DNA of 14,130 nucleotides. Origin: a virus. Of the stretch, positions 7,580 through 14,130 are shown piece after piece. The stretch lies in the UHGV virus genome UHGV-0306157; one strand, given 5' to 3'. The position numbers and the translations under genes are program-made. Within the stretch, counting starts at the first letter, position 1, and every line of letters begins with the position of its first letter. A model generated the notes under the pieces. The model worked only from the letters and a program-made list of their open reading frames with translations, searched no databases and was not told the origin of the DNA.

Positions 7580-7999
7580 ATGGAAAAAGAAAACGAAAAA
7601 ATTGCCGCTAGTAGGCTCAATGACAAAATTGCAATGCGTCTTAAAGAGCGCAGGCAGAAGCTTGGTTTATCTCAAGGAAAACTTGCTGAAATCTGCGGAT
7701 GGACGCAATCGCGTATAGGTAACTATGAGGCGGGCAGCAGAAATGTTGGAGTGCATGACGCTGTCGTATTGGGAAAGGCACTTGGCATATCTCCTCCTGA
7801 GCTCCTCTTTGGAGAACAGGAATCTTCTGAATTGTGGTTAAATGAATCCCAACGAAAACTTCTTGAGTTGTTTAACCAGCTACCGGGCTCAGAACAACAA
7901 CGAATGATTGAGCTATTTGAAGTCCGGCTAAAAGAAATCGATGAGTATGTAGAAAAATATTTGAGAGGCAGGCTTAAAGATAATCCCCCACCGGAGTAA
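7580..7999 (+). CDS. racR: prophage repressor, HTH XRE family (RacR/cI-like), 139 aa
   Basis: HTH LGLSQGKLAEICGWTQSRIGNYEAGSRN near the N-terminus with a C-terminal extension; divergent from the Cro-like gene; AAGGA RBS; followed by a strong terminator. Confidence 0.6.
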   Translation: MEKENEKIAASRLNDKIAMRLKERRQKLGLSQGKLAEICGWTQSRIGNYEAGSRNVGVHDAVVLGKALGISPPELLFGEQESSELWLNESQRKLLELFNQLPGSEQQRMIELFEVRLKEIDEYVEKYLRGRLKDNPPPE

Positions 8000-8029
8000 T
8001 GATCTTGCTATCACAGTAATATGCCAATC

Positions 8030-8054
8030 AGCCCGCTATCAGCGGGCTTTTTTT
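8030..8054 (+). terminator. Rho-independent terminator downstream of the repressor gene
   Basis: AGCCCGCT (8030-8037), loop ATC, AGCGGGCT (8041-8048), then a run of T to 8054. Confidence 0.8.
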
Positions 8055-8083
8055 GTACCATCATCATATGACATCCACCACAA

Positions 8084-8125
8084 AACACATTTCGTGTTGA
8101 CACAAGAAAACGTATTGTGTTTAAT
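8084..8125 (+). promoter_or_regulatory. sigma70-type early promoter with overlapping operator (OL-like) driving ydaF-kilR-ydaE-racC-recE-recT-lar
   Basis: -35 TTGACA (8097-8102), 17-nt spacer, -10 TTTAAT (8120-8125). 15-bp near-palindrome AACACAtttCGTGTT (8084-8098) overlaps the -35 and half-site TGTGTT (8115-8120) overlaps the -10; both match the operators in the 7484-7579 region. Confidence 0.6.
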
Positions 8126-8305
8126 AAGCATATCCAAACAACGCCCCACCAGAGAACGGCAGGACAATACCTCGAGTTATCCAGCCACTGAACAGGGCTA
8201 AGTAGCCAGCCTGAGGCATACGAACATGACGGCAGTTGTTGATTGATACAAAGCGCAGTAGATAAAACGTTCCGCCACCCGGCGTTAAGGGGAAATGAGG
8301 TCAAC

Positions 8306-8458
8306 ATGGATACTATCGATCTTGGCAACAACGAATCTCTGGTATGTGGCGTGTTTCCCAATCAGGACGGCACATTCACCGCCATGACGTATACCAAAAG
8401 CAAATCGTTTAAAACCGAAGCTGGCGCACGTCGCTGGCTTGCCAAAAATACCAGCTAA
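8306..8458 (+). CDS. ydaF: small Rac-prophage protein (YdaF/DUF1391-like), 50 aa
   Basis: ATG at 8306 preceded by GAGG (8297-8300); product MDTIDLGNNESLVCGVFPNQDGTFTAMTYTKSKSFKTEAGARRWLAKNTS matches my recollection of K-12 YdaF; the longer track ORF from 8243 lacks an RBS. Confidence 0.6.
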   Translation: MDTIDLGNNESLVCGVFPNQDGTFTAMTYTKSKSFKTEAGARRWLAKNTS

Positions 8459-8866
8459 ACCATTTATTGGATTAATTCAATATTCTTGCTGTAGGGGTAT
8501 AGCCGAGGCCACCAAAGCCCGGAGGTGGTGAAATAAAACCGGGCACAACACGAAGGCGCATTTCCGGTATCCATAAAGAGTCGGTCTTGTCTGTTAAATT
8601 TAAATGGTGGGAGTGCGCCTCCGGTTGTAAATAACGACATTGCTATGTGTAGTCTTTGGCGGCATCAGTTCTACTCCGTGGCTGCCCTGCCGCCCCTTTT
8701 TAAAGTGAATTTTGTGATGCGGTGAATGCGGCTAAGCGCACGCGGCACAGTTAAAAGCATCAGTGTTATGGGTGGATTATCCGGCGTTAATTGTTAACTG
8801 GTTAACGTCACCTGGAGGCACCAGGCACCGCATCGACAAAATTCATTTGTAAAAATGGAGATAATT

Positions 8867-9088
8867 ATGATTGCTCATCACTTCGGAACTTATGAAATAC
8901 CACGTCAGTGTGTGACTCCTGGCGATTATGTTCTTCATGAAGGTCGGACATATATCGCCTCGGCAAACAATATTAAAAAGCGAAAACTTTATATTCGTAA
9001 CCTGACTACAAAAACATGCATTTCTGACTGCATGATTAAAGTCTTCCTCGGTCGTGATGGTTTACCTGTAAAGGCGGAGTCATGGTGA
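8867..9088 (+). CDS. kilR: KilR, FtsZ-inhibiting cell-division toxin of Rac, 73 aa
   Basis: [49 protein letters not shown]...[15 protein letters not shown] matches recalled KilR; GGAG RBS (8857-8860) sits 6 nt before the ATG at 8867; the track start at 8855 overlaps that RBS. Confidence 0.75.
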   Translation: MIAHHFGTYEIPRQCVTPGDYVLHEGRTYIASANNIKKRKLYIRNLTTKTCISDCMIKVFLGRDGLPVKAESW

Positions 9089-9258
9089 TGACTAAGAAAA
9101 TAAAATGTGCTTACCACCTTTGCAATAAAGGAATTGAAGAAAGCAAAAGCATTAAAAGACCACTTCATTTCATGCGTGGAGTTATACCAACGACGGAAAT
9201 GAAAAAATATTGTAGTGAAATCTGTGCCGAAAAAGACCAGATGGCACACGAACTTTAA
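9088..9258 (+). CDS. ydaE: small Cys-rich (zinc-binding-like) protein YdaE, 56 aa
   Basis: Not in the ORF track (<60 aa). ATG at 9088 overlaps the kilR stop (TGATG). Product [56 protein letters not shown] has CxxxxC...CxxxC spacing; matches my recollection of K-12 YdaE in position and sequence. Confidence 0.6.
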   Translation: MTKKIKCAYHLCNKGIEESKSIKRPLHFMRGVIPTTEMKKYCSEICAEKDQMAHEL

Positions 9259-9332
9259 TTAACTGACTATCCGAAACTGAATTTATGCCAGCAATGGCAG
9301 GGATTCGCTCAACCTTAATTAAGGAGAAAAAC

Positions 9333-9608
9333 ATGATTACCAGTTATGAAGCCACTGTTGTTACTACTGATGACATTGTTCACGAAGTCAGCCTGGAAGG
9401 AAAGCGTATTGGCTACGTGATTAAAACAGAAAATAAAGAAACCCCTTTCACTGTGGTTGATATCGACGGTCCATCAGGCAACGTTAAAACACTTAACGAA
9501 GGCGTCAAAAAAATGTGCCTGGTGCATATCGGAAAGAATCTGCCCGCAGAAAAAAAAGCCGAATTTCTGGCAACTCTGATTGCAATGAAATCAAAGGGTG
9601 AAATCTGA
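9333..9608 (+). CDS. racC: RacC protein, 91 aa
   Basis: ATG at 9333 with AAGGAG (9321-9326) 6 nt upstream; product MITSYEATVVTTDDIVHEVSLEGKRIGYVIKTENKETPFTVVDIDGPSGNVKTLNEGVKKMCLVHIGKNLPAEKKAEFLATLIAMKSKGEI; sits directly upstream of recE as in Rac. Confidence 0.75.
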   Translation: MITSYEATVVTTDDIVHEVSLEGKRIGYVIKTENKETPFTVVDIDGPSGNVKTLNEGVKKMCLVHIGKNLPAEKKAEFLATLIAMKSKGEI

Positions 9609-9639
9609 AAAAAAAAGAAAGCCTGCACACTGTGCAGGC
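9609..9639 (-). terminator. Rho-independent terminator oriented on the minus strand (no minus-strand gene upstream of it)
   Basis: GCCTGCAC (9621-9628), loop ACT, GTGCAGGC (9632-9639); on the minus strand this is followed by UUUCUUUUUUUU (plus-strand A-run 9609-9620). Confidence 0.55.
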
Positions 9640-9709
9640 CTGAGTGAAGAACCTGGGACATTTATTCATCACTCGCAGTAATTTTAATCTGAGTTGAGGT
9701 TAAAAAACA

Positions 9710-12700
9710 ATGAGCACCGATAAACAAGTTTACCCACTGTATTACGAAGCAAAAAATGACAAAGTAAGAAAATGTCTCGGTATTAAAGGCGGTTTCTACT
9801 GGGCTGAAGCGAAAAAATTATCCATTGCCATATCCCGTGGTGCTGTTGCGATTGACGATGCTGGCTACGATGAAGATGACTTTAAAAAACCTGTTCGCGT
9901 CAATTTGCCCGTTGTTGATGACCTTCCACCAGAGGGCGTATTTGATACGGAATTCTGCAACCGTTACGAAAAAGGCGGAGAAGATGGCATCACAATGGTA
10001 TTTATCGCGCCCTCATCCTCTGCGCAGGACAAGCCAGCCAGCACTGACAATACCAATGTTAATGGCGAAGACATGACGGAGATTGAGGAGAATATGCTAC
10101 TCCCGATTTCCGGTCAGGAGCTGCCCATTTGCTGGCTTGCTCAACACGGCAGTGAAAAACCGGTAACGCACGTTTCACGCAACGAACTACAGGCATTACA
10201 CATTGCACGAGCTGAAGAACTACCAGCTGTTACTGCCCTGGCTGTTTCCCACAAAACCAGCCTGCTCGACCCGCTGGAAATTCGCGATCTCCACAAACTG
10301 GTGCGTGATACTGACAAAGTTTTCCCTAATCCTGGTAATTCAGACCTGGGACTGATGACTGCTTTTTTCGAAGCATACCTGGGCGCTGACTACACCGATC
10401 GCGGTCTGCTGACAAAAGAGTGGATGAAAGGAAATCGTGTTTCACGCATCACCCGCACGGCTTCCGGTGCTAATGCCGGTGGAGGGAACAAAACCGATCG
10501 CAATCCGAATTTAGTACACACCTTCGATACGCTGGATGTGGAGATTGCAGCGGCCACACTTCCGATGGATTTTAATATTTATGAAATTCCGGGCAGCGTT
10601 TATCGTCGCGCAAAAGAAGTCGTCCAGAAGAAAGAAAGTCCGTTCAAAGAATGGTCCGCAGCACTTCGCGCAATCCCGGGTATCCTGGATTATTCCCGCG
10701 CCGCTATTTTTGCACTTATCCGGAGCGCACACCCTGAGTTTTATCATTACCCGGGACGCCTTCAGGGGTATATCAACGCCTATTTAACGGAGACTGATCA
10801 CGAGAACCCTACCGAGGAAACTCTCGCTGCTGCACGACATACACCGGAAAAAGATATCCTGGAAGAAGTTAACCGCGAACTGGCTGCTGAATGCGAAACA
10901 GAAGAAGAAAAAAATAATGAGGAAAAATCACAACCGTCTGACGCAATGGCAGATGAACAGGCAACGACTGAAGCAATGGAGCCGGATACAACTGAACATC
11001 GCCAGGACACGCAATCGCTGGATACTCAGGCACAGATAGATCCGGTTAATCAGGTAAAAGTTACCGCTGACGAAGTAAACAAAATTATGCAGGCAGCCAA
11101 TATCAGTCAGCCTGACGCCGATAAGTTGCTTGCTGCCTCTCGCGGAGAATTTGTTGCAGGGATTAGCGACCCGAATGATCCGAAATGGGTGAAAGGGATT
11201 GAAACCCGCGATTCTGTGAACCAGAACCAGCAAGAAACGGAACAGAACGACCCAAATACGCAACAAAACGAGCCAGAAACGAAACAGCCTGAGCCAGTAG
11301 TGCAACAACAGGAAACGGAGAAAGTTTGCACCGCCTGCGGTAAGGCTGGCGGCGGCAACTGTCCTGACTGTGGCGCGGTGATGGGCGACGCAACGTATCA
11401 GAAAACCTTTAATGAAGAAAATCAGAATGAATATCAGGAAAAAGGTCTGGAGGAAATGGAAGGTGCTGAACATCCGCACAAGGAGAACGCTGGCAGCAAT
11501 CCGCATTGCGATTGCAGTGATGAAGCTGGTGAAACGACAGCACCTGTAGTAACTGAAATCATGTGGCCGTCATATTTCGAGCCTGGCCGCTATGAAAACC
11601 TCCCGAACGAGGTTTATCACTCCGCCAACGGAATAAGCAGCACAATGCTGAAGGATGCCCGCATCAGCCTGATGTATTACCACGGACGGCACATTGCCGG
11701 AACTATTCCGGGCGAGGAAAGTGATGCATTGCTGCGTGGGCGGATTATTCACAGCTATGTTCTGGAAACGGATAAATTCGCTGATGAGTATGCCATTCCG
11801 GTACCGGTTCCTGAATATGTGGTTACTACTTCTAACGAACTGATCGCCATCATTAAAAAACACAATGCCAGTCTGCCAGCACTGATGACACCAGAGCAGA
11901 TGAAAGAGTGGATCGAAAGCTACAACAGCACTCTTATACAGCCACTGTCGGTAAGTGCCGGGGCCGAAGAAACAGGCATCCTTTACGGTTCGCTTCTGGA
12001 GGAATTCCGGCGTATTCCTGAGGGGGAAAAACACACAGCATCAGCAATGAAAGCCTGTATTAAAGAATACAACGCAAGCCTCCCTCCTCTGCTGAAAACC
12101 AGTGGAACACGAGAGCAGCTCCTGGAGCAAATTGAAACTGTAGATCCAGAACTGGCAAAAAAAGAACGTGCTAAATCTTTGCCTTACAACATCAGTGGCA
12201 CAAAAGAGCAATTAACCGAAATCGCCCGGAAAATTCGCCCGGAACTGGTAACACTGGAGGACTGGCAAAAACGCCAGCAAGAAGAAAACGCCGGGAAAAC
12301 GTTTATCAGTCCGGATATGTATGAACAGGCAAAAAATATTCACGCAGCACTGCAAAACAATACTGATGCAGCAAGGCTACTCAACCACCCGGATCGCAAA
12401 TCTGAAATCAGCTATTTCGGGTTTGATGAAGAAACCGGGCTGGAAATCAGGGTCCGTCCTGATATCGAAATCCGGCTGCCATACGAAAGCATTTGCGCCG
12501 ACGTGAAGTCAGTCAGCCTCGGTTATGTGCGACAGGAACGACTGAAAGATCGCCTGCACCGTGAAATTATTGAACGTGATTATCACCTCAGCGCAGCAAT
12601 GTATTGCGATGTGGCAAACCTGGACAAATTTTTCTGGATCTTCGTCAACAAAGATGCTGGCTATCACTGGGTGGCCGTCGTGGAAGCCTCGCAGGAACTC

Positions 12701-12850
12701 CTGGAACTTGGTCGACAGGAATATCGCCGGACACTACGACAGATAAACGAAGCTCTGGAGACAAACAACTGGCCAGCACCGATTACCGAAAGTTATACCG
12801 ACGAATTAAACGACTTTGATCTTCGTCGTCTTGAAGCACTGAGCATCTGA
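9710..12850 (+). CDS. recE: RecE-like exodeoxyribonuclease VIII (long acidic linker, C-terminal PD-(D/E)XK-like nuclease region), 1046 aa
   Basis: Position upstream of recT-like and lar; N-terminal segments (NTNVNGEDMTEIEENMLLPISGQELP..., CTACGKAGGGNCPDCGAVMGD) match what I recall of RecE; C-terminal RPDIEI ... ICADVKSVS resembles a PD-(D/E)XK core; central low-complexity E/Q/N/T-rich region explains the many spurious minus-strand ORFs. Confidence 0.7.
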   Translation: MSTDKQVYPLYYEAKNDKVRKCLGIKGGFYWAEAKKLSIAISRGAVAIDDAGYDEDDFKKPVRVNLPVVDDLPPEGVFDTEFCNRYEKGGEDGITMVFIAPSSSAQDKPASTDNTNVNGEDMTEIEENMLLPISGQELPICWLAQHGSEKPVTHVSRNELQALHIARAEELPAVTALAVSHKTSLLDPLEIRDLHKLVRDTDKVFPNPGNSDLGLMTAFFEAYLGADYTDRGLLTKEWMKGNRVSRITRTASGANAGGGNKTDRNPNLVHTFDTLDVEIAAATLPMDFNIYEIPGSVYRRAKEVVQKKESPFKEWSAALRAIPGILDYSRAAIFALIRSAHPEFYHYPGRLQGYINAYLTETDHENPTEETLAAARHTPEKDILEEVNRELAAECETEEEKNNEEKSQPSDAMADEQATTEAMEPDTTEHRQDTQSLDTQAQIDPVNQVKVTADEVNKIMQAANISQPDADKLLAASRGEFVAGISDPNDPKWVKGIETRDSVNQNQQETEQNDPNTQQNEPETKQPEPVVQQQETEKVCTACGKAGGGNCPDCGAVMGDATYQKTFNEENQNEYQEKGLEEMEGAEHPHKENAGSNPHCDCSDEAGETTAPVVTEIMWPSYFEPGRYENLPNEVYHSANGISSTMLKDARISLMYYHGRHIAGTIPGEESDALLRGRIIHSYVLETDKFADEYAIPVPVPEYVVTTSNELIAIIKKHNASLPALMTPEQMKEWIESYNSTLIQPLSVSAGAEETGILYGSLLEEFRRIPEGEKHTASAMKACIKEYNASLPPLLKTSGTREQLLEQIETVDPELAKKERAKSLPYNISGTKEQLTEIARKIRPELVTLEDWQKRQQEENAGKTFISPDMYEQAKNIHAALQNNTDAARLLNHPDRKSEISYFGFDEETGLEIRVRPDIEIRLPYESICADVKSVSLGYVRQERLKDRLHREIIERDYHLSAAMYCDVANLDKFFWIFVNKDAGYHWVAVVEASQELLELGRQEYRRTLRQINEALETNNWPAPITESYTDELNDFDLRRLEALSI

Positions 12851-12861
12851 GGAAGGACACA

Positions 12862-13914
12862 ATGAACGAATTAACTCAACAAGAAAATATTAACTCTAAT
12901 GTTGCGGTTTTCAGCCCTCAGTCCCTGGCTGCAATTCAGACATTTTCCCAGGTAATGGCTTCCGGCATGGCTACTGTACCGGAACACCTCCGGGGAAATC
13001 CATCAGACTGCATGGCCATCACCATGCAGGCGATGCAGTGGCAAATGAACCCTTACGCAGTAGCTCAGAAAACTTTCGTTGTGAATGGTGTGCTCGGATA
13101 TGAAGCGCAACTGGTTAATGCCGTAATCAGTACTCGTGGGCCGCTAACCGGGCGTATTGAATATGACTGGTTCGGGCCGTGGGAAAAAATTATCGGGAAA
13201 TTTGAAATCAGGAAGAACGACAAGGGGAAAGAATATCGTGTACCTGGCTGGAAGCTGGCCGATGAAAACGGGATCGGAGTTCGCGTCCAGGCAACACTAC
13301 GCGGAGAGAGCAAGCCACGCGTACTGGAGTTACTTCTGGCGCAGGCCAGAACACGTAACTCAACGTTATGGGCCGATGATCCTCGCCAGCAGCTTGCCTA
13401 TCTGGCACTGAAACGCTGGGCGCGCCTTTATTGCCCTGAAGTGATTCTTGGAGTGTACACCCGGGACGAACTGGACGAACCACAGGAAAAAATCATTAAT
13501 CCGGTTCAGGAACATAAAAATACATCCGCCTGCCGTGCGGAACGTGAAACAACAATTATTGAGCAGGATGCCGGGGAAAACTGGATCAGTGCTTTCCGTG
13601 AACGTATTGAGCAGGCACAAAGCACCGGAGAAACAACATCACTTCGCCAGGAAGTGGAAGATCATAAAAATACACTTGGCGCTCTCTACACAGAACTTAA
13701 AGGAAAAGTGGTTCAGCGTCATCACCGTCTCAATGCTATTGCCCGTATTGAGACGATGATAAATGACCTGCCTTCATCAGGTGATCCAGAAGCAGAACAA
13801 AAATTTATTGCTCTGGAAAATACGCTGAATGCTGCACGACCACATCTGGGAGAATTATATGAGGCGTATAAAACGACACTGACAGATATGAAACCAGAAT
13901 ATATCGGCTCCTGA
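12862..13914 (+). CDS. recT: RecT/Red-beta family single-strand annealing protein, 350 aa
   Basis: Immediately downstream of recE (11-nt gap, AAGGA RBS); TVPEHLRGNPSDCMAITMQAMQWQMNP and VLGYEAQLVNAVISTRG align with the recalled RecT core (TVPALGNCDTMSFVSAIVQCSQLGLEP ... IIGYRGMIDLARRSG); longer and divergent compared with K-12 RecT. Confidence 0.65.
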   Translation: MNELTQQENINSNVAVFSPQSLAAIQTFSQVMASGMATVPEHLRGNPSDCMAITMQAMQWQMNPYAVAQKTFVVNGVLGYEAQLVNAVISTRGPLTGRIEYDWFGPWEKIIGKFEIRKNDKGKEYRVPGWKLADENGIGVRVQATLRGESKPRVLELLLAQARTRNSTLWADDPRQQLAYLALKRWARLYCPEVILGVYTRDELDEPQEKIINPVQEHKNTSACRAERETTIIEQDAGENWISAFRERIEQAQSTGETTSLRQEVEDHKNTLGALYTELKGKVVQRHHRLNAIARIETMINDLPSSGDPEAEQKFIALENTLNAARPHLGELYEAYKTTLTDMKPEYIGS

Positions 13915-13921
13915 TATTTAC

Positions 13922-13947
13922 TATGGCGGTGTAGCCTCACCGCCATA
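13922..13947 (+). other. stem-loop between recT and lar (weak terminator/attenuator or RNA processing site)
   Basis: Perfect inverted repeat TATGGCGGTG (13922-13931) / CACCGCCATA (13938-13947) with loop TAGCCT; only a weak A/T-rich tail follows. Confidence 0.35.
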
Positions 13948-13977
13948 ACAAAACTTTATTTTATGAGAGAAAAGACA

Positions 13978-14130
13978 ATGCGGTATGAAAAAGTCAAAGC
14001 ATGTCCGTTTTGTGGTTGTCCATCAGTAACGGTGAAAGCTATTTCAGGATATTACCGCGCGAAGTGTAACGGATGCGAATCCCGAACCGGCTATGGTGGA
14101 AGTGAAAAAGAAGCACTCGAAAGATGGAAT
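13978..14130 (+). CDS. lar: Lar/RalR restriction-alleviation protein (type I toxin RalR), 5' part only, truncated by the window end
   Basis: ATG at 13978; product MRYEKVKACPFCGCPSVTVKAISGYYRAKCNGCESRTGYGGSEKEALERWN with CxxC...CxxC zinc ribbon matches recalled Lar; runs to the last base without a stop; absent from the ORF track. Confidence 0.7.
   Translation, partial: MRYEKVKACPFCGCPSVTVKAISGYYRAKCNGCESRTGYGGSEKEALERWN

Noticed and set aside
4496-7611. Short ORFs from the track overlapping the replication and immunity genes (4496..4732, 5014..5199, 5135..5332, 5746..6294, 5810..6349, 6869..7162, 6984..7208, 7096..7332, 7329..7514, 7381..7611)
   Set aside because: Each overlaps a longer, motif-supported gene on the other strand or in another frame, and none has a start context
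8011-8361. Minus-strand 116-aa ORF
   Set aside because: It overlaps the repressor terminator, the early promoter and the ydaF start on the opposite strand and has no RBS; likely spurious
8855-9332. Longer track starts for kilR (8855) and racC (9285), and minus-strand ORF 8989..9249
   Set aside because: The downstream ATGs at 8867 and 9333 have proper Shine-Dalgarno spacing and give the expected protein N-termini; 8989..9249 is antisense to kilR/ydaE
10798-11506. Several minus-strand ORFs inside recE (10798..11010, 10928..11506, 11107..11358, 11163..11393)
   Set aside because: They fall in the low-complexity acidic linker of the RecE-like gene, where stops are depleted in every frame
1-14130. 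CRISPR arrays, tRNA/rRNA genes, IS elements or integrase/att sites
   Set aside because: No regularly spaced direct repeats, no tRNA-like cloverleaf candidates, and no transposase or integrase ORF were seen; the prophage ends lie outside this window

Overview
This 14.1-kb window looks like the early region of a Rac-type lambdoid cryptic prophage from an E. coli-like enterobacterial chromosome, in the opposite orientation to the usual K-12 drawing. On the minus strand are ydaS/ydaT, an O-like replication initiator (ydaU) and a DnaC-like helicase loader (ydaV). On the plus strand are a racR-like repressor and an early operon ydaF-kilR-ydaE-racC-recE-recT-lar, with lar cut by the window end. Left of the replication genes is a visibly AT-rich insert on the opposite strand carrying a tightly linked two-gene cassette: a 609-aa ABC/OLD-like ATPase with a possible C-terminal TOPRIM-like domain, followed by a complete C5-cytosine DNA methyltransferase. 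This cassette is the best candidate for an undescribed defence or restriction-modification-like module. Beside it, on the opposite strand, is a 50-aa Hok/Gef-family type I toxin gene that the ORF track missed because of its size cutoff. Other signals are three related 15-bp palindromic operators shared between the racR/ydaS region and a downstream early promoter, a set of GTAACGC-type palindromes in and upstream of the O-like gene, and several intrinsic terminators. I recognised no rRNA, tRNA, CRISPR array or IS element. All calls rest on hand translation, motif recognition and recalled homology; no database search was run.
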